A DNA stretch of 63,909 bases, counting the filler, from Octopus bimaculoides (taxonomy: Eukaryota): the NCBI RefSeq assembly GCF_001194135.2. It is 7 parts of 7 records of this genome, joined end to end, with 100 filler letters (N's around TTAATTAATTAA, not from the genome) between each part and the next. Parts side by side here need not be neighbours in the genome. Positions count along the whole stretch, not along the records: positions 1 to 14,896 come from NC_069000.1; positions 14,997 to 40,210 come from NC_068995.1; 5 more parts are not named here. The stretch is one strand, 5' to 3'. Numbering within the stretch: the stretch's first letter is position 1; each line of letters begins with the position of its first letter. This document shows, piece after piece, positions 12,736 through 25,000 of this stretch. The notes beneath the pieces are model-generated. The model made no database searches, had not been told where the DNA came from, and saw nothing but the letters and a program-made list of their open reading frames with translations. Position numbers and translations under genes: made by a program.

Positions 12736-13471
12736 CAGTGACTAAGTCGGAAGAACCGAGATGATGAGGGTATGCGCCCAAACAGCACCAAGCGGTATTG
12801 GCCATTGTAGTGGCTAGAAACAGAGCAGAGATATGACACAGCGCACCTAAAGCGTTGAGCTAGGACGTGATGGCATGAAATCTCCTTCAGGTAGGTGTTA
12901 CTTTTGTCAACAGTCATTCTCTATTTAGGGCGGGTCGGTAACAAAAAGTAAAAAAAAATTAAAAGCAAAATGTTAAACAAAGAAATTCATATTATGATTT
13001 TCCACCTCTGTTTAAACAGTTGTAGTTACAAGTGAAACATAATATTAATCAAGAAAATGGAAGCCTAGTAGACAAAGAGTGAGGTGGCGGGAAGTGGAGA
13101 CGACGAGGACATATAACCAGAAATGAAAGTACACAAAAGATTCTCAGTTGAATAGAACTGAATTAATGAAAACTCAGTGAAGGAAAAATAAACTTAAGAA
13201 AGCAATGATTATAATTAATAAATAATAACAATAACAATAATAAGAGACATAATAAGATATTCTATTGCCGGTAGGTATTGAAGATCAGCGTTGAAAAAAG
13301 AATTAAAATATATAGTGTCTCACAACATTGATAGATATAACACTATCCCCAATAGGACAATTCAAGTACCGCACCACCATTTCTCTATACCCAACATCTT
13401 CGACATTGAAAATTCATTATTTCATCTTCTGAAAATATCTGAATACATTTTTATTACATCTTCTATACACA

Positions 13472-13537
<66 letters not shown>

Positions 13538-14036
13538 NNNNNNNNNNNNNNNNNNNNNNNNNNNNNNNNNNNNNNNNNNNNNNNNNNNNNNNNNNNNNNN
13601 NNNNNNNNNNNNNNNNNNNNNNNNNNNNNNNNNNNNNNNNNNNNNNNNNNNNNNNNNNNNNNNNNNNNNNNNNNNNNNNNNNNNNNNNNNNNNNNNNNNN
13701 NNNNNNNNNNNNNNNNNNNNNNNNNNNNNNNNNNNNNNNNNNNNNNNNNNNNNNNNNNNNNNNNNNNNNNNNNNNNNNNNNNNNNNNNNNNNNNNNNNNN
13801 NNNNNNNNNNNNNNNNNNNNNNNNNNNNNNNNNNNNNNNNNNNNNNNNNNNNNNNNNNNNNNNNNNNNNNNNNNNNNNNNNNNNNNNNNNNNNNNNNNNN
13901 NNNNNNNNNNNNNNNNNNNNNNNNNNNNNNNNNNNNNNNNNNNNNNNNNNNNNNNNNNNNNATATATATATATATATATATGTGTGTGTATAAATACACA
14001 CACACACACACACAGATATATATATATATATATACA

Positions 14037-14072
<36 letters not shown>

Positions 14073-14117
14073 TGTATATAAAGAATATGAGGAATTTAGT
14101 TCACCGGTGATCTAAAG

Positions 14118-14445
14118 CAGTGGTTCTCAACCAGGGGGTTTATATGTCCATTAAGGTCCTTTGTAAGACTGGGGTGGAGACATCGAAAGAAATAGTAGAC
14201 TGGGGCCCCACAATAATAGTTTAACAGACCCTGAAAATATTTTGATTTAGATGTATGTATTGATATGTATTACAAGAAACACCTTCGCTTCTTTCTCTAA
14301 CGTTTTACATAATTCAGGCCACGCAAATTTCTGTGTGAAAAATAGAACAGGAACTTTGAAAGGAGTTCCTATAAAACTAGTTATTAACCATCGAATAGCT
14401 GTGGAGTCCACCGAAATGAAATAGCAATCAAAGGGGTCTGAAAAA
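14118..14445. mobile_element. hAT-type MITE, right end degraded
   Basis: Begins CAGTGGTTCTCAACC, a characteristic hAT (Charlie-like) terminus; non-coding interior. Confidence 0.55.
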
Positions 14446-14550
14446 TGGAAGTTAAAGTCGTCATCAGCTGAATTTGAACTCCGATTGTTAAGACGGACGA
14501 AATGTAGCCAAATATTATTCCCTGTGTGCTAACGATCCCGCCAGCTGGTT
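14446..14550 (-). mobile_element. SINE 5' fragment (family of 23946-24142 and 27307-27525)
   Basis: AATTTGAACTC...GCTAACGAT..CGCCAGCT is shared with the other copies. Confidence 0.6.
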
Positions 14551-14841
14551 GCCTAGATCAGGCATATATTAGCGACCGTATCGTGAGCATTTTGCAAAAT
14601 AGTGCATATTTTGAGTGATTAGAAGTACTTTACAAGCATAATGTAGGTTATTGTGTTCGTTTATTTGTAACAGACTGTATGAATTAAAGTATGATATCTC
14701 TAATCCGATACATATCAGTAAGCGACATTTGTTGTGTTCGAATTTCTTTATATAAATTCCGAAACATACATGATTCCGTATGTTTGATATACGTGAATAC
14801 TTACATACATACATTCATACACACATATGTGTCTGTGTATG

Positions 14842-14896
<55 letters not shown>

Positions 14897-14996
14897 NNNN
14901 NNNNNNNNNNNNNNNNNNNNNNNNNNNNNNNNNNNNNNNNTTAATTAATTAANNNNNNNNNNNNNNNNNNNNNNNNNNNNNNNNNNNNNNNNNNNN
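14897..14996. other. Assembly spacer N44-TTAATTAATTAA-N44 (100 bp)
   Basis: Identical structure at six places; the 12-mer contains stops in all six frames. Confidence 0.95.
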
Positions 14997-15027
14997 TGTT
15001 TGTATTTAACTTTCAATTTTCGTTAGT

Positions 15028-15908
15028 TATGGAATTTACAGGTAGGATAGAACCGCTGTTTTGGAATTCATCTTTGAAGCATATCCCCATTCCATCTAGA
15101 AATGAATATATTTTGAAACTTATTAATAATATTAAGGATTTTATTACTAGAATTAAATGGAAAGTCTACTATAATAATTATAATATTTCTAATAATAACG
15201 ATGCAAATCATTCCAATTATATTAATTCAAAGTTTAAATCTAAAAAAGAACCCTCTTATAATAGGGATTTACAGATTTTAGAGGATAATATTTGGAAGGT
15301 GGTGAAAAATATTAAATTTCATAAATACCCAAATAGACATAATGATTATTTAAGAAATCTAGCTATTAAAATAAAACAAATGTGAAATATAGAAGGAATT
15401 ATAGTACAATAAGATAAAACTAGGAACCTGTATAAACTCGATGTTAAATTATTTGATAACCTATTAGAGAAAGAAATTAATAAAAAATATAAAATTGTTC
15501 CAAAAAATACTCTATATTCTATAAATAAGGCCTCTAAATTAATAATGATGAAATATGAGTTAGATAATAAAACTGAACCTTATGTAACTATGCACCCTAG
15601 AATTACTTTGAAAGACCATAAGGATAATTTTTATTCTGACCCTAAGTTAGGCTTATTTGTCCTTGGAAATCAGATCTAGGTAAATTAAGTAAGATCATTT
15701 TAGATAAATATATCGATAGATTAAATTATATTAATTACCTTAAATTATGGAATAGTAAGTACTATAGATACTTTAAAATTGTTTAATAATATTAAGAAAT
15801 CGTTAACATATACTATAGGTAAGAGGCTATCATTACTTTCTTCCAATTTAGAGATTTTCGAAAAACATGCACCTTATTACAATGAAGCCCTTCGTGAGGC
15901 GGGATTTA
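15028..15908 (+). mobile_element. Penelope-like retroelement, decayed RT N-terminal region with internal deletion
   Basis: KHIPIPSRNEYILKLI...FITRIKWK, Q*DKTRNLY, ITLKDHKDNF, KSDLGKLSKIILD, then SNLEIFEKHAPYYNEALREAGF; these match Penelope-like RT motifs (DKT, LKDHK). Stops and frameshifts present. Confidence 0.85.
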
Positions 15909-15911
15909 CTA

Positions 15912-15963
15912 GAGTGGCTGTGTGGTAAGTAGCTTGCTTACGAACCACATGGTTCTGGGTTCA
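15912..15963 (+). mobile_element. SINE tRNA-like head inserted at the Penelope junction
   Basis: GAGTGGCTGTGTGGTAAGTAGCTTGCTTACGAACCACATGGTTCTGGGTTCAAA is homologous to the head at 12341. Confidence 0.7.
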
Positions 15964-16339
15964 AAATTCGGAAATACAGATAAATAGAATTCAGCGAACA
16001 CATCGACGTTTGCGTTACTAACAAACAATCCAGCTTCAGAATTTTTCCCCTCTATAAACTCAGGGACGATGCAACCTGTAGTTAGTGCATTAGCAAAGTC
16101 ATATTTTATCATAAAATATAAACCCCTTTTGAATGCGTCCACCACAAATGACACTACTACAAGGGCCTTAGAATAATACCCACACAATTAAAAACGATAT
16201 ATTTAGAATAGTCACTACCCATGAATTTATTCAGAACAATTCCAATCACTCCTATTACAACCACAACAGGTCACTTTTAGGGCACTTGACCATTTAAGAG
16301 GATTCCACCAACATCCTACTACTGTCATACCACTCCCGT

Positions 16340-16505
16340 ATTTTTATTATTCTCTCTCTTCTTTTCCTACTGCCTCCTCCTCCTCCTCTTCTTCTTCTTC
16401 TTCTTCTTCTTCTTCTTCTTCTCTTCTTCTTCTTCTTCTTCTTCTTCTTCTTCTTCTTCTTCTTCTTCTCCTCCTCCTTTTTTTTCTTCTTCGCCGCCTC
16501 CTTCC
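16340..16505. repeat. (CTT)n/(CCT)n microsatellite
   Basis: Directly visible. Confidence 0.95.
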
Positions 16506-16924
16506 TCGGCTATTACCGCTGTTTAAACAATCAAAACCAAGAAATCATATCAAATATTCTTTTAGGACTGCTACTACTTGCTACAAAGCCATCACAAGAG
16601 AAAAAAGAGAGACAAACAGACAGAAAAAGGGAAAATGTCCCTTGTATTTGAAAACTATGGAAATTTTTTTTGAAATATTTCATTTAATTTTTCCTCAATT
16701 TAATTGATTTTCATCCTTTTAGTTCGTTTACGGGAAATCTTTTTCAGTACGCATATAAAAGCTATTTTATTATGTAGGCTACAGCCTAATGATACCAGTT
16801 CTCTTTGTAATTGGTAGGGAAGAACAGATGATGAAAGGAGAGAAAGGAATGCTAATAATAATGAAGAGGGAAGGCTGTGTGGTGAGGCTTGTTTTGATAT
16901 TTGTGCGGGATGGGTAGCATGACT

Positions 16925-19417
16925 CCTATCATCACACCATACAATCCCTTCTTTTGTTTCGGACACATACCAGTTGCCATTCACTAGATCCTCCGCTTTC
17001 ATTCTCTCCAAGACGTCTTGCATCATGGCAACTGTCCTCTCTCCCACTTTGTCTCTTCAGTTCACCGCCTCCAGCTTACCTCTTGATGTAGCTACATGCC
17101 GTTTGGAGTCATCATCCAACAGGATAGAACCTTCCTAGTTTCCCACACACTGAGAACAGTTCTTGCCTATTCATGTCCTTGCTCAACTCTAAAATCGCAT
17201 TTCCTCTTCGAAATACATGTCAATTCTCCTTAACTCTTTCGAGCTTGAGCTTCAGCACAGTGCTTCCTTCCTTAGCCTCCGATGGTTTTACAATCAATCC
17301 GAACCTCCTCAGGTGACCCACAATTTCCTCTGCCAATTCCTCACTTTCATCTACCAAAATGTCATCAATGTAGGAACTACTAGCCTGCTCCACTTTCTCC
17401 AACTTCCTTAACATCGCCATGAGAACCTTCGCCATTATTTTCTCTGAACTCAAGCCAAACCCCAGTAGAGTCAGACAGGATTTTCCGCCCTTGTACCTCA
17501 CCAATTGGTACCTCCACAATCCCTCAGGCACGTGGAGTGCAGATGTGCCGTCTTTAGACCGACGGTCGTAGTCGCCCCTGTCATCAGCTTCCACTCCCGC
17601 AAAGTGTCCCCGCAGATGTCCGCTGCTTTACTCCTCATATGGCACGACACATGCTCGTTCAACTCACGAAAATCTAACACTGATCGAACTTTATATTTTG
17701 ACGGCTGTACTATAGCCATCATTGGTAGCACACCACACTTCACTCCCTATTTCCACAATATTAAAATACCTCTCCTATCTATCTGTCCATCTCCCTCTTA
17801 CTCATTCCTAGCTTCTCTTTTCAGGGTGTGCCTGTAGCAATTCATCCTGTTTCTCAAAATGGGTGGAGAGAGGGATATCTTCCAGAAGTGACCCACTTTC
17901 CAGTTTGCTTCGAAATCAGCCTAGAAGTTTTCGTCTTCGATCTTGTCTATAGTATCTCTTCTCTCTCTCTCTGAACTCGACTTGTCGATCTTACGGCCTT
18001 CTTCCTCTGCTCTACACTTAGAGCATGCAGTACACCAGTGACCAAATTCCATTCCCGTATTTCCAACTGTCATGCCAACCAACCGGTGAATCACGTCCAT
18101 TCCTATTACTACGTCGACACCATCCAGTACCTCATTGACAACAATCACTTTCACATTCAACGTCGTTCCTTGTACCTCCAGCTCCACTACGCCAACGACT
18201 CTGCACCTAAACTCCTTAAGCTTCTCTGCACTCAGGCTGGTTTTTCCAGTCCAGTTCTCAACCATTTTCACTGTCAGCAGGATTATTGTGCAATCCGTAT
18301 AGACAAGGCCTCCCGCTTTTCTTGTCCTTATCAGAACCTTTTTTACATGCAGTGAACGTAGGTGAGACTTTAATCGAATGTCGGGCAGCTACCGCCGCAG
18401 TATCTTCCCTTTGTTTGTTTCCCTCTTTGCAAAGCTCGCTATATGCCAGGGCTGTTCACACGGGTAACATGTCACTTCAGATTTTAGTTCCTTGCAATCT
18501 CTAACCATGTGTGAATCCCGACACCTAAAATACAGCCTCATAAACGTCCATCTCGCCTAGCCCGTCATACTCCAGTTCCCGCTATTTGCCGCCTGCGTCT
18601 TCATCCTATTAGTCTCTGCCGCCAACGCTGCCTCGATATCACGTTTGTCGTTCTACGTCAATATTCACGTCTTATCTATCAAATCGCTCACCGACATCGT
18701 GTCGATATCTGGCAGTTGCTGCAACATCATTGATATATGATCGGAAAATCCGGTCACGAAAGCCAGGTTCACAATTCTCTCCATCGCTCCACCGGTAAAA
18801 CTAGCTAGCTAGCCCAGTCAATCTCCTTATCTCGCACACTTAGTCATCAACATGCTCCCCTGTCCAGCTTGCTGTATACATTAAAGGCTCATTTTTTATA
18901 CGCATCCTCCACGTTCTTTTTTTTACCTTTAGCTGAGTCACTTCATTCATTTCAACAAACTCAGAGCACTTTCTTCTAAGTACAGCATTAGGCTGACCAC
19001 GTCTTATATGTCCTGCAGCTTTGAAACGAGCCTCACTTTTTTTTTTATCTAGGCCTTCATCGGAAAACGGTCGCAAAAACATCGTTACCAATCCTTATCC
19101 TCGTTATCATGTTGAATGTCAACGGTAGAAAGGTAGAAGAAAAGAAAATCCCCACAACAGATAGACAACGTGCCGAACTAGCTTGTAGATGGGACGGCGC
19201 AAGTAAGCCGCTCTTACCTTATAACGAGCTTCAAACAGAGAGAAAACTACTCTCCACAGATATCAGAAAAACTTGTAGCATGAACCTAAACGCTTACGCT
19301 GCTTAATCTCTGGCTAGAATCTGCCCACTCCCTGAATTCGCTTTTCACAATAGATCGCTTCAGATGCCCGTTTCCTCGCTCACTTCTGCTCTTGACGTTT
19401 CCTTTCACTTTTCCACA
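16925..19417 (-). mobile_element. Ty3/Gypsy-type LTR retrotransposon, decayed, 3'-truncated within RNase H
   Basis: Gag start MITRIRIGNDV/LRPF at 19110; two Cys/His knuckles at ~18430-18530; degenerate protease (ALVYTDCT, VDVVIGMD); RT PMMAIVQPSKYKVRSVLDFRELN and SYIDDILV (17361-17372); RNase H start GIVWCD. Colinear with 32728-36788. Confidence 0.9.
19183..19417 (-). repeat. Putative 5' LTR of the 16.9-19.4 kb element (~235 bp, TG...CA)
   Basis: Plus strand TGTAGA...TTCCACA with short imperfect terminal inverted repeats; abuts the same 12-mer that flanks the 5' LTR of the second element. Confidence 0.6.
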
Positions 19418-20265
19418 ATAATATACAATTGTATTTATTTGTAAAAATTTGGATAAATATTCCTGACACTGATTATACTTACACATTTCAACTCAAGGAA
19501 TATTGATGAAGCATTCCCACTAAAACATGCTTTAAATGCAAACTTAACACTAAACGAAAAAGCAAAATTTTGTTTTCTTGCGAAAGTTAACTTTACATAA
19601 GATGTGAACATTTTATTCAAGATTATATGTTCGAAACCTATCACTTTGTTACCCAGTTTATAAATTTGCTGTCCTAATTGCAATTGTTAATGCATCAGGT
19701 TTTGTTTACGAAATGAGCATGACAGGGTATATGGGTAGGTAAGTTAAGAATGGCGAAGTTAGATTCCCACTAAAATATTCTCTACTCACTAAATTACTCT
19801 CATCTCCCCACTAAGAGAACTCGCATTAATGAACAAAAGGATTCTAATTATATCAAACCCGTTCTTATGTTAGGCATTGTATGTCTTCTTGGACTACATC
19901 CTGCGTTTCCCTTTACAGAACGATGAGTGTTAAAATAAGAATAATTTGGCTGGTATTGAACGACCACGTTGAGACTTCCTCGTTGTTTCCTGGACCGTCT
20001 TAGCATTGGGTTGGTCCCTTAAACCCGTGGGGCCCCGAGGCAACTTGCCAGTGTGCCCATGCTTTAAGACAGCACTAGTTGCTTCTACGAAGTGTAATCG
20101 ATTACGCTGCCATCCGGATTTATAAGCTGATAAATTATTCGTTTTTTGTTATTGACCTATTCTTTCTATAAAAGGATTGATTTCTAAACAAACAATTCAA
20201 TTTCTGAAAATTCAATATCAACAAGAATAATAATATTATCGCGCGCACGCGTGTGTGTGTGTGTA

Positions 20266-21002
20266 TTGGGTTGGCAAGAAAAGTAATTTCGGTTTTTTAG
20301 TGTGAAATAAGTCATTTTTGTCTATAGCAAAGAATGAACTTTAATCAGTTATATATTTTCTATTTTGTTCGATTACCTTTTGCCATCTTTCTGGCAACTT
20401 CATGATTCCGCGCTCATAAAATTTCTGGTCCTTATCAGCCCAAAACTGGAGCAAGTGCGGTTTCAGGTCATCATCATTATTTAAAGTTTTACCATTCAAA
20501 GAATTTTGCAAACTTCGAAATGAATGGCAAACTTCGAAATGAATGGTAATCTCTATGCAATCCCTCACACGGTTATATGACAATCAGATTCAGTTGTGGC
20601 TATGATTCGGTCATCATCAACTTCAGTAGGTCAACCAGAATGTTGGTCATCTTTGAGGGAAAAATCTCCAGAATGGAATTTTAAAAATTATTTCTGATAT
20701 GTGCATTCTGTTAAGTAATCAACACCATAAACTTCACATATCTCTTTGTGAGCCTCAGCAGCTTTCTTGTCTTTATGGAAATAAAAAAGCAAAATATGGC
20801 GAAAATGATCGTTTTTACACTCCATGTTAAAATTAAGACTGAACTAACAGCAGTAAACAAAATTACGCACAATTTGCTTCTAAAGTAAGTTAAGAGTAAC
20901 AGCTATCAAATGTCAAAAGGAAAAAACTTATAACACTGACAAAGTCATTAAAAAATCGTAACTCTATTTACGAAAAACGAAATTACTTTCTTGCCATCCC
21001 AA
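20266..21002 (-). mobile_element. Internally deleted mariner element with both TIRs and TA TSDs
   Basis: TIRs TTGGGTTGGCAAGAAAAGTAATTTCG / CGAAATTACTTTCTTGCCATCCCAA flanked by TA. N-terminus MECKNDHFRHILLFYFHKDKKAAEAHKEICEVYG (ATG at 20825) is fused to the C-terminus SLQNSLNGK...FYERGIMKLPERWQKVIEQNRKYITD*; the DD34D core is missing. Confidence 0.92.
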
Positions 21003-22869
21003 TATANNNNNNNNNNNNNNNNNNNNNNNNNNNNNNNNNNNNNNNNNNNNNNNNNNNNNNNNNNNNNNNNNNNNNNNNNNNNNNNNNNNNNNNNNNNNNN
21101 NNNNNNNNNNNNNNNNNNNNNNNNNNNNNNNNNNNNNNNNNNNNNNNNNNNNNNNNNNNNNNNNNNNNNNNNNNNNNNNNNNNNNNNNNNNNNNNNNNNN
21201 NNNNNNNNNNNNNNNNNNNNNNNNNNNNNNNNNNNNNNNNNNNNNNNNNNNNNNNNNNNNNNNNNNNNNNNNNNNNNNNNNNNNNNNNNNNNNNNNNNNN
21301 NNNNNNNNNNNNNNNNNNNNNNNNNNNNNNNNNNNNNNNNNNNNNNNNNNNNNNNNNNNNNNNNNNNNNNNNNNNNNNNNNNNNNNNNNNNNNNNNNNNN
21401 NNNNNNNNNNNNNNNNNNNNNNNNNNNNNNNNNNNNNNNNNNNNNNNNNNNNNNNNNNNNNNNNNNNNNNNNNNNNNNNNNNNNNNNNNNNNNNNNNNNN
21501 NNNNNNNNNNNNNNNNNNNNNNNNNNNNNNNNNNNNNNNNNNNNNNNNNNNNNNNNNNNNNNNNNNNNNNNNNNNNNNNNNNNNNNNNNNNNNNNNNNNN
21601 NNNNNNNNNNNNNNNNNNNNNNNNNNNNNNNNNNNNNNNNNNNNNNNNNNNNNNNNNNNNNNNNNNNNNNNNNNNNNNNNNNNNNNNNNNNNNNNNNNNN
21701 NNNNNNNNNNNNNNNNNNNNNNNNNNNNNNNNNNNNNNNNNNNNNNNNNNNNNNNNNNNNNNNNNNNNNNNNNNNNNNNNNNNNNNNNNNNNNNNNNNNN
21801 NNNNNNNNNNNNNNNNNNNNNNNNNNNNNNNNNNNNNNNNNNNNNNNNNNNNNNNNNNNNNNNNNNNNTGTTAGTTAATCTGAAGATGGAAGGTTGTTTT
21901 TGAGACATTTATGTATTTATTTATGAGAGTATGTATGTTTCTGAAAGAGAAGAGACGAAGACCTACAATTAAGCCAGAAGAATTTTATTTAGATATCCAT
22001 CGTTATTAATTGGAATACTGTACTTATTAATAAACTGTAAATATGTCCTGAAGGTCAAATAAGTATTAGAAATGTATAAACATTAAGAGAAGGGCGCAGC
22101 CTTAAAGTTGTTCTTGGTGGCATTGGAGCTTTTTTTTTTTTTACAGGATAAACGACAGATGGCAGCTGAAACAAGAATCTGACTGATGACTTTGGTAAAT
22201 AGTTTTTACTAAATAGACCGTAAACTTCATTTGCATGCTAATGTGCGCGTGAGAGAGCGTGTATATATGTATGAGTGAGTGTTTGCGTGAGAGAGAGGGG
22301 TTGTGTGTGTCTGTGTGTGTAGAACGAGACAGCAGGAGAAATTAGACAGCGATGTAAAGAATGAGAAACTATGAGAGATAAAGAGAGAGAAGAGAAAGAC
22401 AGATAGGCAGCCAAAGAAAGACACACTGACTGACTGACAGATAGGCAGACAGTAATTAGTTGCAGCCACAACAGTTTTTCGCAATGTGTGGTGATAGTAA
22501 TAGCAAAAATATCTGCACGAAAACAAAATTTCTATAATGAGCGCAGCATGTCTGTGCAGTTAAGTTCACTTGACAACCAAGTTGCTTCGGGTTCGGCCCC
22601 ACCCTTCGGCACTTTGGGAAAATGTCTTCTACCATACCCTTGTCTTGACTAATACATTTTCAGATTTACTTGCTAAAACTATGCAGAAACCCGTTGTACA
22701 CAGATGTATGTATGTGTGCATGTATGTGTGTATGTATGCGTGCGTGTATGTATGTATGTATTATGTATGTATGTGTGCGTTTGTGCGTATGAATGTACAT
22801 ATGCTTAATTTCAAATGTAATATACATACAGGTAGTAAAATGCTCATTAAAAAGTATACTTCTCACTTC

Positions 22870-22942
<73 letters not shown>

Positions 22943-23058
22943 GGATTATATTGACTTTGTGCATCTTCCCATCAGTAAAAAAAAAAACATAGAAACCATA
23001 CACCAGTGCTCTTTTATGAACGAAGTCGCCCGTTGATATTTCTTTTGCACCAACTTAC

Positions 23059-23083
23059 ACAGACACTGTCTTGCCACTCTCAC
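23059..23083 (-). CDS. Candidate 25-nt microexon (xESGKTVSV)
   Basis: Acceptor actgtattttttcAG and perfect donor GTAAGT flank GTGAGAGTGGCAAGACAGTGTCTGT. Confidence 0.3.
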
Positions 23084-23169
23084 CTGAAAAAATACAGTAA
23101 AGCAGTGATTGTATCGTGGTATACCAGTTACTAACGAGAGTGTTGCTGGCAAATTGTTATATGAATTTT

Positions 23170-23900
23170 TTTACAGTTTGAAGACTCAACACCATCAACT
23201 GAAAGACTAACGGGACCATTGTATATTTAAAATGAACATTTCGATACTGAGAGCTAGAGCAAAAAGATTATATGGACGTAATATCGAGTAGAATGAGTAT
23301 ACCCATGACCATTGTAGTTCTTCACAAACAGGTAAGACTGACGTATAATTGATGCAGAATTTGGACACCTGTAGGTTAACAGAAAAGGAATTTCTAAGAG
23401 TTATAGATGTGGAAAGAAAGAATTGGGAAAGGGTTTGTTTAGGAACAAATAGTTGAGACAATAGGGGTCCAAAGAGGAGAAATAAGTCGGATATGGATGG
23501 AAGGAATCCAGATGAACGGTAGAAGAGGAAGAAGGAAACAATGAGTCTGTAATCCTAGCATTTGAAAACTGTCGGCGAGTGAATATATGCTCCTCAGTCA
23601 AATGAGCTTCTTTTGGATGCAATATGTAATGGTTGTATGTAGAGTAAGCAACACTGATTCATACAATGGCTTCACTGACTGCAAAGCCAGGATTTATTAC
23701 TTTGCAGATTTTTGTGCGTTGTTCATGTATAAGAGGATGGGTTCTACGATTATTTCTTTGGTATGCGTAATGATTGTTTCTTTGAGATATCACAATGTAA
23801 AATTCATAGAAGCAGTCAGTGCGTATCTGGTGAAATTTTGTTAAGGTGTTTGATGTTAATGCGTGTGTTAAGGATAAGGAGTGAAGGCTTATTTCACCTT
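23170..23900 (-). mobile_element. Highly decayed CR1/L2-type LINE RT remnant
   Basis: Fragmentary motifs in the expected order: HLTEEHIFTRRQF (cf. YLE..LL..Q.GF), VHLDSF (cf. V.LD..KAFD), FSVN/TGVQ (cf. GVPQG), LSVSKC (cf. LN.SKC). Confidence 0.35.
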
Positions 23901-23945
23901 CATGGAAATGGATGGTATGAGAAGTAACAGTATGTCTATCATTAA

Positions 23946-24142
23946 TATTGGTTTCAAACTTTGGCCCAATTTCGTGTAAGGGAAGTAATTCGATTACATC
24001 GATCTCTGTGCACTTATTTTTATCAACCCAGAAAGAATGAAAGACAAAGTCGACCTCGGCAGAATTTGAACTCAGAACGTAAAACGGATGAAATGCCGCT
24101 AAGCATTTTGCCCGGCGTGCTTACGTTTCTACCAGCTCGCTT
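23946..24142 (-). mobile_element. SINE (second octopus-type family)
   Basis: Reverse complement of GAGCTGGCAGAA...GAGTTCAAATTC.GCCGAGGTCGACTTTG, as in 27307-27525 and 47496-47715. Confidence 0.8.
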
Positions 24143-24159
24143 TTGTCATTAATATTAAG

Positions 24160-25000
24160 AAACAGAGCGTGCAGTTCCGAAATATCACAGGTTAGACATT
24201 GGAGTACACCAGAGCTGATAGCATCTCTATGGGAAAGGATCTGCCGAGACATACTGCAAAGACGAGCTCTATCAATTTAACAAGAAGAATGGAAGGTGTT
24301 GCTTACGTCAAATACAACGACATCCCTTCGACACTCTTCATTAGAATGAGGAACCGCTATTGAATTGCATAAGGAATATATGTTCGTTAAATATGTCTCA
24401 ATTGAACTCGCACTGATATGGACCCAAGTGATGAGTAAGTTTCAAAGGAATTAACGTGGTTGTTACCTTTTCTGGAATCCATCATTTTTGAGATGCGATA
24501 AGTCAGTATTTAGTAGGCTCGTGCTGTTTGCGCAACATATGCAACATAAAATGGCAAGGTAAGATATTCAATGCCAAAATCTTAGAAAAGCGTGATATCT
24601 CCAGCATCCAAAGCATGCTGATGAGTAGGACATGTTGTTTGAATGAAAAATGACACCATTCCAAAAATTCTTCTGTATAGCCAACAAGTGGAAGGATATC
24701 GCTGCAAAGGAAGACCTGTCTTTAGGTATAAGAATAAATTGAAGCAATCACTAAAATCTTTACAGCTTAACTTGACATCTTGGGTAAGTCATTGCATATT
24801 GATTTGCATAGCGTAAAATGTGCTACGATGCATTCGAACAATTTGAGTTGAAGAAAAAGAACAATAGAAGAACTATATCTTGCAACCAACAGACACATTT
24901 GCCCAATTCCCGGCAAAATCAAAATCATTAATGTCCCCACTGCGACCTCGTAGCAAAATCCATACCTGGACTCAAATTACATTCACGCATCCATCGCAAA
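24160..25000 (+). mobile_element. RTE-clade LINE 3' fragment
   Basis: CLRNICNIKWQGKIFNAKILEK; GHVV*MKNDTIPKILLYSQQVEGYRCKGRPVFRYKNKLKQSLK; terminal CPHCD...LHSRIH zinc finger. Typical RTE C-terminus with frameshifts. Confidence 0.85.

Noticed and set aside
19090-19109. TGATAACGAGGATAAGGATT as a degenerate tRNA-Ser(GCT) primer-binding site
   Set aside because: It is the gag start (MITRIRIGND), in register with MMSVVRISND of the second element. The real LTR junction is at 19182/19183.
22147-22194. 48-nt plus-strand exon with a strong acceptor and GTAAAT donor
   Set aside because: All three frames contain stops, so it is not a coding internal exon; it could only be UTR or non-coding, and nothing else supports that.
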